Part shown: one piece after another, positions 19,101 through 29,600 of the stretch | Layout: every line of letters begins with the position of its first letter | Numbering within the stretch: the first letter of the stretch is position 1 | IMG/VR virus record: IMGVR_UViG_3300028581_000018 | Span: 32,001 to 96,000 of that record | Source: a virus | Length of the DNA stretch: 64,000 nt | Strand: one strand, 5' to 3' | Program-made: the position numbers and the translations under genes | Notes under the pieces: generated by a model | What the model saw: the letters and a program-made list of their open reading frames with translations, nothing else | What the model was told of the DNA's origin: nothing | Databases searched by the model: none

Positions 19101-19433
19101 TTTTACATCACCCAGCGCATAATATCTTTCAAAAGATTGACCACTTAAATCTTTACCACCATATTGAAATAGAGATGCTAGCTTGGGAGAACGTGATGCA
19201 TTGATTGAAGCAACATCCATTTTTTGTTGGAGTTGGTTATTAAACAATTTACCAGGATCTCCTGATGTAGATGTTATTCCTGTTGCTAAAGGATCTGACT
19301 GTGTAGCATATGGATTAGGGCGCCCAACAGCATTTTTATAACCACTATTTAATACAGGATCTTTTAGATTAATGTTTTTTTGAATACCTGCTAGTGGATC
19401 AAAATTATTATTAGGTACTTGTAATTCTTCCAT
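16152..19433 (-). CDS. Giant ejected/cargo protein, probable inner-membrane-spanning ejection protein
   Basis: 1093 aa. Ala/Gly-rich hydrophobic/amphipathic segments in the N-terminal half (AYTVGIAAESVAEASLITAATQGLGAVPAAI; FLSGFLIGA) and a helical C-terminal half. Position in the cargo block. Confidence 0.65.
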   Translation of the reverse strand: MEELQVPNNNFDPLAGIQKNINLKDPVLNSGYKNAVGRPNPYATQSDPLATGITSTSGDPGKLFNNQLQQKMDVASINASRSPKLASLFQYGGKDLSGQSFERYYALGDVKNKLGFNPFRDNESVYNANTSVFDDWKRMMTKSFMPLATRGAIDAFMSIPDLLSSSNKPLGNIDQADAYEKATEMGYSSRGGMLSSLSNIQMSFAYTVGIAAESVAEASLITAATQGLGAVPAAIRSGSKIVSSVGDIYGAINKTRKALQALSKNPLRAKTFWKAAGNDFVNFANPLRQTTEAFLDLRKSKNLTSLAKVAKTGGAFYRDVKEVSVALSESNLEGGFVNNEVYKSLYATELEKNNNQPLSEGKVKQIYQQASAAGNEAGLLNWPIIYLSNRITIGNAFRGFRPIRELTEDVVKRKGGYLNVIRGKGKAPKVEWVKDSFLPKISLKEGRKTLLSGLKYTSANFMEGFQEVFQEAVAIGAKEHYINAFNNPVAANFLAHKAAYIHGAKEQLSGQGLETFLSGFLIGAHMKPINTAIAKAPIAYNYFFDKTEYGNYLKAKEEYGPKLAKTLTEMMQDVDVMFDSRFFNVAAQDEFARGMDDAQLRNDEWKQKNERDGARALGILTAINTGTLDYYLENLETIEEQEAQDVADAYNVTLEKAQRMKQEVPEFKKKVAAIRERHKYMTENFELPAEASTEGMIKDSPEYIKAKLKENAYRHTITNAIFNGSIFDAQLERKEKLYAEAMAVDSPIGGGANSLFTMLFNPQNSENEVSLLQQEIDILKKSTKESDKKILSEKEDLLKTLTGTVFDSGIFGIPTEGSLIQMLTTLNSFDKYSQLKLQLLKASSPYKNATAAVKRNLTRKEEAKIDAEQQSLRGRVHAKTKELLGKLSKQSGTKIDDQKAMAFIDKLLDYHTISSNEKFMQPYIDAMFDPASLEEQYSRNFLIMQDLYNNKKTYADTIVNNFLKAHEKNATLNYLADKFQIYVDAEQFTNYVNSPPGKNVPIEFIDVRRGVQVTEDSLEYENYIEVLNIARELNNSEAVPAEERGETPDITDEERAFANNTVSDVSSVVDSTFTFSPDVLTAREKLSNNLNCK

Positions 19434-19435
19434 GG

Positions 19436-22400
19436 TTATTCAGAATCTACTGGTTCAGGGCTAATAATATTTTTTAGATTTGCTGTAGTTACATTAGCCA
19501 TAATATCATCAAACTGACTAAGAATTTGGCTAAACGAAGCGCCATTTGCAAGTACATCATTATCTATTGGTACAGATACACTATTTGTTCTATAAATACT
19601 TTTAAGAGGATCAAAATATTTATAGTCTACAGTTCCATTATATACCTGCATTATAGGATCAAAGCCAATGTTTAATTCAGCATCTCCCCGGCGATTTTTT
19701 TCTTGGTATGAAAATCTACCATTATTATCTGTATTTGATAAAAATAAATTATATCTAGGATCTACATCATATGTATCAAACAACGATGATTCAAAATCAT
19801 TAGAATTACTGTAAATAACAAATCCATCATTTACAATTTTTTCTTTTAAAGACTTAGCTTCTTCTTCATTAGTTGTAAACTGATTAACTACACCATTTAC
19901 AACTTCAGATGATATATTGTTAAACCAATATCCTCTTTTATCAATGTTACCACCAATTTGAACTAAAGGAGATAACTCAAAAGATTTACTACTTTTTGGA
20001 TTAGTTGCTTCATTATATAACTCTTGAGTAATAGCTTTTATAACTTCAACTTCAGTATTAGTTGCTAGGTTTTTAGGATTATAACCAATAGATATTTTTG
20101 GGGCACCTTTTAAGTCCTGATCTACTCTTGTAAGTATAGGTTGAATATCTGTTTGATAAGCTCCATAAAAACTCATATTTATAGGTGTTTGTTTATAATC
20201 ACCTTGAATTTTAAAGTTATTAACAGAAAGCTTTCCATCTTTACTAGTAGCAAACATACCTAAACCAGAAACTAAAGGATTTCCAGGATTTATTTTTAAA
20301 CCAATTTGTGGATCAGATACCATTTGTGCTGCAACTGTATTCAGTCCATCAAAAGATTGTTCACCTATAGATTCAAAGAATTGTTTTTTTGAAAGTTCAT
20401 TTGAAGGAACACCACCTGCTGGTGCATCTAAATCATCTTGTATTAATTGACCTTTATAATAAACTTTCATTTTACGTTTTGGTACTTGATAACCACTTAC
20501 ATAATATTCAATATTTATATCTTTTCCATATTTAGCATTTAAAGAAGTTGCTATTTCACCAGGTGAGCGTAATCCACCATCAGGATCTAATAAAGATGTC
20601 TTAAGCATTTCTGATTTAACTTTAGCTGATTCTTTACTTTCTTGATCAGGTTTTAATAACCAACCTACAGATTTATGAAGAAGCACAGAAAATATACCTG
20701 CTTCTGCAGGAAGATTTTTAAGATCATACATATCTTGTCCTTGTTTTTCTAACCAAGTAATTGCACTTTCTTCTTCTAATCTTCTTAGTACATTATCTAC
20801 AACTCTTTGGTTAAACTGTTTAGTTTTACTAACCTCTACTTTAGCTGATTGTATACTTTGGTCTATTTTACGCAATTGACCAGCATAACTTTGTAAAGCA
20901 TTACCAAGTGATGTTTTTAATAAACCTTCATTACCTTCTTTCAAAGGATCAATAGCTGTTAAAACGTCATTAATTGCAAATGTTCCAGTACTTCCTGAAC
21001 GTTCTCTGTTATTTTTAATATTGGCTAATATAACTTTAGCAGTTGCTGCATCAGGAGTATTAGTTCTAGAAACTTCATTTAGATATTTAACAGCGCCATT
21101 AACTGTATTTGCTTGTACTGATTGAATATTTTGTTCAGTTTCATTTACAGTTTTAGAATATTCAACTTGTTTAGCATCTTCATCTGGAAATTCTGCTTTT
21201 ATATCTTTTGTACCAAACTGTAACTGATATAATCTAAGAGCTTCTTCAGTTTTTTCTTTTTCTTCAAGTTCTAATTTTTTTAGAAATCTAGCATTTTCAT
21301 TTTTTTCACGCGTTTCAGCTCTAGCATTAGCACCTGCTTCACGCATTCTAGCTAAAGCAACAGGATCTGCTTTTATCTTAACTTCTGCACCCATTGCTGA
21401 ATTAGAAATAGCAGCTTGCATAAAGTCACCATTCATTTTATAAAAAGCAACTATTGCATCTGCACCTTGAGGTGTATATTGAGGAGATGTAGGAGTTGAA
21501 GAAAGACCAGATGGAGTAGTTATTGCATACCCATTATTAATGTTATTTGCAATGTCTGTTACAGACCGGCGATTAACTTCATTAACCTGAATTTGTTGTT
21601 CTAAGTTTTGTTTAGTTTGAACAAGTGGATGATTTTCATTTACATTGGGGATGCTTTCTAAAAACTGATTAACACGTTCTAGTTGATTTTGTAATGATGC
21701 ACCTTGGGTCTCCGCCATTTTTTTGCTATCATCAACTAATAACTGGTATTTTTCGTATTTGTCTTTTGCGTAAATCTGATCAGCTTCTTCTCTAGAAATA
21801 CCTTTACTTTCAGAGGTGCGAATAAAATTTTCTCTTTCTACATATGCCTCTACTGCATACATTCTCTTAACTGCAGGATCTTCTCCAATAAGAGCTTTGA
21901 AGTGTTCATAAAGGGGCACCTGCACAAGTTGACCATTCTTCCTAGTAACAATATACATCCCTTGAGATGTTTCTTGAACTACTGGTTTAAACTCTTTTGC
22001 CAGCTCATTTGCTCTACCCATTACATCAATCATAGGTACCGCATCTGGAGCACTCATATTTAATGCTTCATCTGCAGACGCCCGTTTGTACTCATCTAGT
22101 TTATACTGGATAAATAGTTGACCTTCATTCCAATATTTACCATCACATTTTTCTCCAACACAAGATTTTAATGAATCTAGTTTAGAAAAATTCTCCATAG
22201 CTTTTTTAGTAAGACTCATGTCATGTATAAGATTCTTGTCATTATACAATGGTGAAAAAACTTGAAGAGCTTGCTGGACATTTTGATCTAATGATAAATC
22301 CATGCTGGTTATCTTTTGTATCGCAGCTACAGATTGTTTATAGTATTGATCTCTGTTTTTAATATTATCCTCTCTAGTAAGAGGAGCATTTAAAAACTTA

Positions 22401-22543
22401 CCATAAAGACTATTTAATTTTGACCAGTTTTGATCATATTGCTGTTGCTTCTTTTGGATAACACCCGCAAAGAAATTAAAATCAGGCTGAAAAGGCTGAT
22501 ATTGTGGTATATAATCGGTCACACCACTTATGTAGGTTGCCAT
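19436..22543 (-). CDS. Cargo/ejection protein (coiled-coil rich)
   Basis: 1035 aa. N-terminal YIPQYQPFQPDF followed by long helical segments. Located among the crAss-like cargo genes. Confidence 0.6.
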   Translation of the reverse strand: MATYISGVTDYIPQYQPFQPDFNFFAGVIQKKQQQYDQNWSKLNSLYGKFLNAPLTREDNIKNRDQYYKQSVAAIQKITSMDLSLDQNVQQALQVFSPLYNDKNLIHDMSLTKKAMENFSKLDSLKSCVGEKCDGKYWNEGQLFIQYKLDEYKRASADEALNMSAPDAVPMIDVMGRANELAKEFKPVVQETSQGMYIVTRKNGQLVQVPLYEHFKALIGEDPAVKRMYAVEAYVERENFIRTSESKGISREEADQIYAKDKYEKYQLLVDDSKKMAETQGASLQNQLERVNQFLESIPNVNENHPLVQTKQNLEQQIQVNEVNRRSVTDIANNINNGYAITTPSGLSSTPTSPQYTPQGADAIVAFYKMNGDFMQAAISNSAMGAEVKIKADPVALARMREAGANARAETREKNENARFLKKLELEEKEKTEEALRLYQLQFGTKDIKAEFPDEDAKQVEYSKTVNETEQNIQSVQANTVNGAVKYLNEVSRTNTPDAATAKVILANIKNNRERSGSTGTFAINDVLTAIDPLKEGNEGLLKTSLGNALQSYAGQLRKIDQSIQSAKVEVSKTKQFNQRVVDNVLRRLEEESAITWLEKQGQDMYDLKNLPAEAGIFSVLLHKSVGWLLKPDQESKESAKVKSEMLKTSLLDPDGGLRSPGEIATSLNAKYGKDINIEYYVSGYQVPKRKMKVYYKGQLIQDDLDAPAGGVPSNELSKKQFFESIGEQSFDGLNTVAAQMVSDPQIGLKINPGNPLVSGLGMFATSKDGKLSVNNFKIQGDYKQTPINMSFYGAYQTDIQPILTRVDQDLKGAPKISIGYNPKNLATNTEVEVIKAITQELYNEATNPKSSKSFELSPLVQIGGNIDKRGYWFNNISSEVVNGVVNQFTTNEEEAKSLKEKIVNDGFVIYSNSNDFESSLFDTYDVDPRYNLFLSNTDNNGRFSYQEKNRRGDAELNIGFDPIMQVYNGTVDYKYFDPLKSIYRTNSVSVPIDNDVLANGASFSQILSQFDDIMANVTTANLKNIISPEPVDSE

Positions 22544-22545
22544 AT

Positions 22546-23181
22546 TTAGATATATTTAAATGTTGTTTTATTTATTCTTTTTCCTAATAGGATTCTTGAA
22601 AGAGAACCTTTGGTCATTCCAATTAACTCACAAACTTCAGCTAATGAGCTATATATAACGCCTGTTGTAATATCTATAATTTTTTTTCCTCTTTTTTCCC
22701 TATGTAGCTTTGTATAGTTTATACCTTCTCTTGATCTTTTTAAAAGTTCTTTATGTTGACAAGAAAGTGTCCTTTGTTTTAAAGCTTCAATACAGGCTTG
22801 AGATGGTTTTTTGCCTTTATTTGCTTGTCTTAATTTTTCTATTGTTGCTTCTGAATGTATAGAGCAACCATTTGGATTTGTAGGTTTTATATTATAACCA
22901 GTTGATCTGTCCAAACAATTTAATTCATTAACCCAATAGTGTTCTCTAGCATGTAAATTACTGATGTCACATTTTTCAATCATCTCGAAAATAAAATTTT
23001 CTTCACCGTACTTAGTCCATGCTCTTTGCAAATAACTATTATTATGTTTGTCTTTTCTTAAATCATAGAGATGTCCATTTATTCTAGTTCTTACATTGGA
23101 AGCACAACCAATATATATTTTACCGTTAGTTATACTAGTAATTTTATATATTCCAGGAGTTGATTGTATATAAGTAGCCAT
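22546..23181 (-). CDS. Free-standing GIY-YIG homing endonuclease with NUMOD3/NUMOD1-like DNA-binding modules
   Basis: GIYKIT...KIYIG...R...LQRAWTKYGEENF...E...GYN catalytic domain. HSEATIEKLRQANKG (NUMOD3-like). C-terminal IYSSLAEVCELIG HTH. Confidence 0.92.
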   Translation of the reverse strand: MATYIQSTPGIYKITSITNGKIYIGCASNVRTRINGHLYDLRKDKHNNSYLQRAWTKYGEENFIFEMIEKCDISNLHAREHYWVNELNCLDRSTGYNIKPTNPNGCSIHSEATIEKLRQANKGKKPSQACIEALKQRTLSCQHKELLKRSREGINYTKLHREKRGKKIIDITTGVIYSSLAEVCELIGMTKGSLSRILLGKRINKTTFKYI

Positions 23182-23186
23182 ATCTT

Positions 23187-26100
23187 TTAACTAAATAAAC
23201 CTTTGTATTGTGTATAATAATTAGGATCTACTCCTGTATTTTGAGTCTTTGACTTGTACTCACGATCATATTGTTCTTTTGCAAATTGTGCAGCTTTATT
23301 ATCATCAACACCCATTTGTGACTTAATTTTTTCTTTTCTTTTTGCAATCTCATCCCAGTCATATTCTGCAGAAGCAGTTTGTGAACCGTCAAATGGTTTA
23401 GATACACCTGTTGGTAATACAAAACCACTACTTGGATCAACTTGATATTGTGGATTTAAAACATTTAACGCTTGCGTTTTCCCCCGGTTGGTAAGTGCAT
23501 TAGTGTAAGCTTGTGTATACTGCTGCCGTGCTTGATTTTTAGCATTCTCAAATTGTTGATTAGCTACTGTAGTTTTATCAAATATATTTGTAGCCCTATC
23601 AGCAGCCGCTTTTCTACCAGCATCTATTAAACCAACATTTATTTGGTTGGCTTGGTTATAGATATTTTGGTTAGCGTTATTAACAGATGATAATGTATCA
23701 GCTATACTTTTAGCAGCGTTGCCTTGTAAATCAGACATTCTAGCAGAAAAAGCTTGTGGCCCACTATATGAAGTTAAACCTTGTACAGCTTGTCCAGCAG
23801 ATTCATTAATTGCAGCAATTTGACGATCCGGGTCTATATATGATGCAAACATTTGTGGTGGTTCATATGGTGCTACAAAAGGTAACTGTTTGTTTATGTT
23901 ATACAAGTTACCAAAGGTAGCAAGATTAAGAACTTCATCCTGCGCCCACCATGGAGTAAATCCTGGTACACCAGGAATATTTTGATTTGTTTGCGTAGGT
24001 TGATCTGTTTCAGTTTCAGTAGTTGTACTTGGTTCTGTAAACTCTTCTTCAGCATATTTACCAGGATCATATCCAGCTAATTGACCACGAGTAGTATTAG
24101 CAAGTACATTATCAGCTCTAGAAATAGAGCCTGCCTTATCTCCTGTAATTTTATCATTAAACTTACCAGCTTGTTGTATGCTGTAAGGCTTAAGTTTTTC
24201 TTTCAGTGCTGGAGGTGCGTCTTTATCATCACGATACTTTAATAGATCTCTATAAGCAATGTAAGATAACTGTTGACCAATACCTGAAGTTCCAGATGGT
24301 GGTGTAATACCAATCTGTTTAAGTTTTGTATTTATATCTGCACCTGTTTCACCTGCTTTACTAACATCATAACCATGTGCCTGTAAAGCAAGATTAGCTT
24401 TTTCAAATTCTAAAAACTGTTGAACTATTTCATCAGGAGAAAGATTCCGCAGCTCATTTTTTTGAGCTTCTGTAATTTTTTCACCAAAATAGTCATTGTT
24501 GTCCAAACCCTTTTTAAACTGTTCAACAAATGCATCTTTAACATCAGTGTCACTAAATGTTTCTTCTATAGCAGCATATTGTTGAGCAAATCCTTTATTA
24601 TTATTAAAGATCTTCGTAAAATCATTAGACTGTTCATCAAGTGTAAATTGTCTTGGTTGAGATGTAACCTTTCTTAATTTACCATCTGCTGTTTCATAAA
24701 TATCACCAACATTTAAATTATTCTTATCAAAACCAGCATCTTCTTCTTTAGGATAGTTTGATTTTTTACCAGCATTATCAGATGCTGTAACTGGCGTAGT
24801 TTCAGTTTTAGTAGTTGTAGGAGAAGGAGTAGCTTCAGAGGATGTTTGATTAGTTGCAGATTGAGTAGGTGTAGTGGATGGTTGAGTAGTTGCAGGTTGC
24901 GTTTGAGTTACTGGAGTTGCAGTTGCAGGAGTATACTCAGATAAAGTTTTATCAAATGCAGCACCTTGATTTTTTTTGTTGTATGCGTCTTTTGCAAATG
25001 TAGGTTCGTAGTTATACTGTTGTGGGTTCTCAGTATAAAATTCGCGTGGTGTTTCAGTTGTCTTAGGAGCATTGTTATTAAAGTCAAAATTATTCCACAT
25101 CAAAGATCTAGGAACAAAATTATCTTTAAAGTTCTTAACATATACATCAGGTTCAGCATCTAAATTTTTTCCTGTTTGATATGAACCATTAATTTTAGCT
25201 TCATCAATAGAAGCAAAACTATTAGGGTTAGTTAAAAAAGAATTGTAATCAAAGTTTGGTACATCTTTAACTGTACCACCCATAGTAGAAGGATCTACAC
25301 TTCCACTAGCAACTAAAACTAAATCTTTAATTGAGCGACCAGTATTAAATTTATAATCAACAAGCCTTACTTGCATTTCAGGTTTTAAAGAATTATAATC
25401 TACACCTAACTTGGTAAGCTCATCAACTGTTTTTTGTATATGTTCTTTCATTTTAGTCTTATTACTACCAGTCCAGTTATCATCTGAATACTTACTTTGA
25501 TAAGACGTATTACCTTGTGTGGCTGCTTTACCACCTTTCATGCCAGCATCTCTTTCATGCTTAAGTATATACTTTGTCCAGTTATCATTCCAGCTATTAA
25601 ATGCTGTATCAATTGGATCTCCACTATTAGCTTGTGCTTGGCTATTAGCTGCATTTTGTAATGCTACTGCGTCATTTCCACGATATGTGCCAGATTGAGC
25701 ATCTGACTTTAAGATATTTATTAGACCTTCTTGATTAGAATCAAGATTAACTGCATTACCTGTTTGAAAAATAGGTAATGAAATACGTACACGAGATCTT
25801 GATTGTCCACCTTCACGCATATATGGCATGCCACCATATTCCATTACAGGGTTATAGTAAGATCCTCCATACATCATCATCATCTCTGGTGATACTCCTT
25901 GCATCATTTGTGGATCAACAGGTTGTTGATCTGGAGCCATCATTTGTTGAGCTTCTGGTTCTTCTTGAATTGGCCCTTGATTATATGACTCTGTTGGTAC
26001 ATCTTGTATGTTTTCTTCACCAGGTTGAGTTTGTGGTAAAAGCATTTCTGGTTTAATACCTTTGGACTCTAGGTAAGGCATCGCAATTACAGGTATCCCC

Positions 26101-26657
26101 TGGGGGAAACCTTTAATAGATTCTTGTGCTAAAGCTAAAGAACCTAATTTAAGATTAATGTTTTTAAGCATCATCTCTGCGGTGCGTACTTGTAAGGTGT
26201 CGCTGTTCTTATCTTGCAACATCTTACGATACTCATTACCTTTTTTGTTTATGTGGTTTGATATTTCCGCGGGGGTATATGCTTTCTTACCCTTCTTAGT
26301 AGGCATACCAAAGTATGCTAACAAATCAGGATCTTTTATAAGCATTGCCCTAGTATCAGAAAAGATAAAAGTGTTTTCAGGTAGATTAAGTGGTACGCCA
26401 CCGCTTGAGTGGCGGGGCCCAGATATCTTGTAGAACTCAGCCATGCCATCTTTGTTGATGTCACCCATGGCTGTTTCACCACCTTCAGCTTCTAAGTTAG
26501 CTTCATTTCTAGGAACACGAGTAAGTGCTTTACGAGATGTTAAGTCAGGAGTTTTAAACTCATTAACATTGGCACCACCCCACATGCTCATTTGACGAGC
26601 ATTTGCGGTAACCTCATTTCCGTATTGTGCTTTAGGTAATGTAACGCGAACTTTCAT
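23187..26657 (-). CDS. Cargo protein (crAss cargo-protein-1-like) with internal lysozyme/GH108-like domain
   Basis: 1156 aa. N-terminal LEAEGGE...GPRHSSGGVP...IFSD motif typical of crAss cargo proteins. YILKHE...MQVRLVDYKFNTG resembles GH108/lysozyme-fold motifs. Confidence 0.65.
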   Translation of the reverse strand: MKVRVTLPKAQYGNEVTANARQMSMWGGANVNEFKTPDLTSRKALTRVPRNEANLEAEGGETAMGDINKDGMAEFYKISGPRHSSGGVPLNLPENTFIFSDTRAMLIKDPDLLAYFGMPTKKGKKAYTPAEISNHINKKGNEYRKMLQDKNSDTLQVRTAEMMLKNINLKLGSLALAQESIKGFPQGIPVIAMPYLESKGIKPEMLLPQTQPGEENIQDVPTESYNQGPIQEEPEAQQMMAPDQQPVDPQMMQGVSPEMMMMYGGSYYNPVMEYGGMPYMREGGQSRSRVRISLPIFQTGNAVNLDSNQEGLINILKSDAQSGTYRGNDAVALQNAANSQAQANSGDPIDTAFNSWNDNWTKYILKHERDAGMKGGKAATQGNTSYQSKYSDDNWTGSNKTKMKEHIQKTVDELTKLGVDYNSLKPEMQVRLVDYKFNTGRSIKDLVLVASGSVDPSTMGGTVKDVPNFDYNSFLTNPNSFASIDEAKINGSYQTGKNLDAEPDVYVKNFKDNFVPRSLMWNNFDFNNNAPKTTETPREFYTENPQQYNYEPTFAKDAYNKKNQGAAFDKTLSEYTPATATPVTQTQPATTQPSTTPTQSATNQTSSEATPSPTTTKTETTPVTASDNAGKKSNYPKEEDAGFDKNNLNVGDIYETADGKLRKVTSQPRQFTLDEQSNDFTKIFNNNKGFAQQYAAIEETFSDTDVKDAFVEQFKKGLDNNDYFGEKITEAQKNELRNLSPDEIVQQFLEFEKANLALQAHGYDVSKAGETGADINTKLKQIGITPPSGTSGIGQQLSYIAYRDLLKYRDDKDAPPALKEKLKPYSIQQAGKFNDKITGDKAGSISRADNVLANTTRGQLAGYDPGKYAEEEFTEPSTTTETETDQPTQTNQNIPGVPGFTPWWAQDEVLNLATFGNLYNINKQLPFVAPYEPPQMFASYIDPDRQIAAINESAGQAVQGLTSYSGPQAFSARMSDLQGNAAKSIADTLSSVNNANQNIYNQANQINVGLIDAGRKAAADRATNIFDKTTVANQQFENAKNQARQQYTQAYTNALTNRGKTQALNVLNPQYQVDPSSGFVLPTGVSKPFDGSQTASAEYDWDEIAKRKEKIKSQMGVDDNKAAQFAKEQYDREYKSKTQNTGVDPNYYTQYKGLFS

Positions 26658-26659
26658 AA

Positions 26660-29600
26660 TTATAAGTATTCAATTGTACCACCCATGCGTTGAATATAAG
26701 CAACTTCTTCAGGTGTCAAATCCATTTCATAAGTACCACCCATTTTCATCATACCCCCAAATTTAGCAAATCCACTTGACACACCGGGACTAAACTGTTG
26801 ACGTTGACCCATAAATGATTGATATGGTCTTGACATATCATATGTGTTTATGTTAATGCCCTCATCTGGGTTAGCATAAGTTTGTGCAAAGTAGTTATAA
26901 GGATCTGTTTCACGGTTTAACATTTCAGCTTGAGCAAGCTCCTGATCTGCACGATTTTTCAGATTAGTAATTAAATTGGCACCAGCATATCCTATGTCTC
27001 CATACTGTGTAACACTTAAAGGATCTTTTCTAAAATTAAGACCAAATGTTTTCATTGAAGCATCTGGATCAACTTCTTGAGCACGTTCTTTAGCTGTCTT
27101 AGTAGGTAACTGCATTGGTTGTGGGCGCGCCCCAACTAAAGCACTATTATCAAATGGCTCCATAGCAAATTCAGTGTCACCAAATGTTTTAGCAGACTGA
27201 CCAGGGTTAGAAATTGAACGTGGTGCTAAAGTTACTTCACTTGCATCAGGGCCTTGGAATCTAGGTAATCCACCATTTTTATAAAGATATAGTTGTCCCC
27301 CGTTTTGTTTATTTTTAAGAGGTGGTGCAACAGGAAAGTTTTCAATAAACTTTTTATCTTCTGGATTTCGAGAATCAATATAAACTGCAGTATCTCCTTC
27401 TGTACCAAATCTTTCAGTTAAACACTCTAAAGAATATGGTTCAAAGTTTGTACATCCATAGCTACCAAATCTATTATCAGGTTGACTAAACCTTTTAAGT
27501 CTTGATTGATATTCTACTGGATCATGATGTGGTTTTGCACCTATACCCTGTGAAGGATCCCACGTATAACCAGGTTTTGCTCCTGCACCATATACAACAT
27601 GCATTGCTAAAGGAGTTGTAGCAATAGGCGCATCTTCTCCAAAAGCAGCAATAGGTTTTTGATAATATCCAGGATAACCATAAATACTCTTATCGTATTT
27701 CATGTTATATGTTCCTGTTGGAGTAGATCTTGCCGCAGGATTGTCTTTTAAATATGATACTGGATAAGGATTGGCATTAGGATCTGTTTCATAATTTTTA
27801 CCAGCTAATCCCGTTAATACGGGAAACTTTTGATCAATTTTACCAGCTCTTACAAAATTGATAGTTCCTGTTGCCTTATCAACAATAACTCCAGATTCAA
27901 GATTGCTTCTTAAATCTTTATTTTCATAATAACCATCACCTTGAAATGGACTATTACCAGTATTTTTAAAATCAATACCATTTCTTCTTTGTAACAAAGG
28001 TGGTATTTTAACTTTTACATTGTTAACCTCTTTAGCATTTTGTTTTTTTGCTTGGTTAACTACTTTAGGAGTACTTGGCTTTTGATTATTAGATTGATCT
28101 ATTTGAGAACTTCTAGATGAAACATTAGTAGTTTTTGGTTGTTGAACCGTTTTAAAATCTTCAGTATTTTTTTTACGATTTATATCATTAACCAGTTGAA
28201 TATTTCCAGAAAGAAGTTCTTTTTTTAATGTAGAATTTTGTTCATAAGTACCAGTATAAGGTTCATCAAAATAATCTTGGAATATTTTTTTTCTAGATTC
28301 AAAAGATGGATCATACCCTTTACTCTTTACTATATCATAAAGTGTTGATCCACCAGTTTGATATGAATCTTCTTGATAAAAAGATTGTTTATTTCTTGGA
28401 TTAGGTTGACTAACTTTAAAACTCTCTTCTCTCTTCAATGCATCTACTTCACTTTGGTTAGTAAGATTAATTGGGCCAGCACCACTTAAATCAATTGGTG
28501 TTAGTGATTGTCTCATGTAATTTATAGCATCACTATTAGGTGCAAAATTGTTGTCAGCTTCCTGACCATATGCACCAGTATAAGAAGGATCTCTTGGTAT
28601 AGATTGGTTAATACTTTGAGTAGGTAAACCAGTAATACTGGTAGGAGGAATTTGTTGTATACCTGGCGTATACTGTGATGGTGGAGTTACTGAATAATCT
28701 CTTATATTAGTTTGTTGTGGAGGTGATATATTGTTTGGATCTAATAGAGGTGGTACACCAATTCTAGCGGGTTTATTAGAAGATGTAGTGCCAGATGTAG
28801 TTGATGTTTCTTGTGGAAAATTAAGTGGAGGTAACGATCTACTAAACTGCATTGACAAGGTTCTAGGATTATTAATATTTCCTAAAAAACCTTTTTTAGC
28901 TTCTACGTTAGATAAATAAGATCTGTCTAATGGTATAGTGCCATATACTTTTTGAGCATCTGCAAAATCTCTAGCGCTTTTTCTTGTAAGACTATACCCA
29001 CGCGGTTGAAACCAATCATTAGAAATTGGCGCCGCGCCAAACATGCTTAACAAGTTACTCATATTTACACTCCTACCTATTCCTGGATATTGTGGAGTAG
29101 CACCCCTATTTTGAGCAGCTAGTAGCTGATTAAACTGTTCAGGAGTAAGTGATATGTTACCCGTATTAGACGTATTACCTGTTTGACTATTCTGAGTGCC
29201 TTGAAAAGTTGGTAAACCACCATATCTCATCATAGGGGGTTGGCTAAAGTAATCCATACTTTGTTCAACTGCTTCGTCAGCCATTGTATTAGCTACATTG
29301 CGCTGTATGCCAGCGACGAATTTTTTGAGACGCTCACCGCCATATGAAGAATCACCAGTAGGTAAACCATCTGTGTTTACCATTTCCTGTGCCATACCGC
29401 GCGCAGCTTTTTTAAGCTGAGATGTAAATTTATTACGCCCACGCTTTGAACCACCATACATATAATCTTCCTCACCATAATCTGCAGTGGCTGCCTCAAC
29501 AGCAGCGTTATACTGTTCTTCTTCAGCTTCTAAACCTGCAAGCTCTTCTGGAGTTGGTGTATTGTAAGATTTTTGATATTGAGCTGGTTGTGCAGATTCA

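Noticed and set aside
3000-19400. Apparent clustering of GCGCG/CCGG/GGCGCC words in AT-rich coding DNA
   Set aside because: Cannot be separated from Arg/Ala/Gly codon context by eye. It needs a Markov-model k-mer test.
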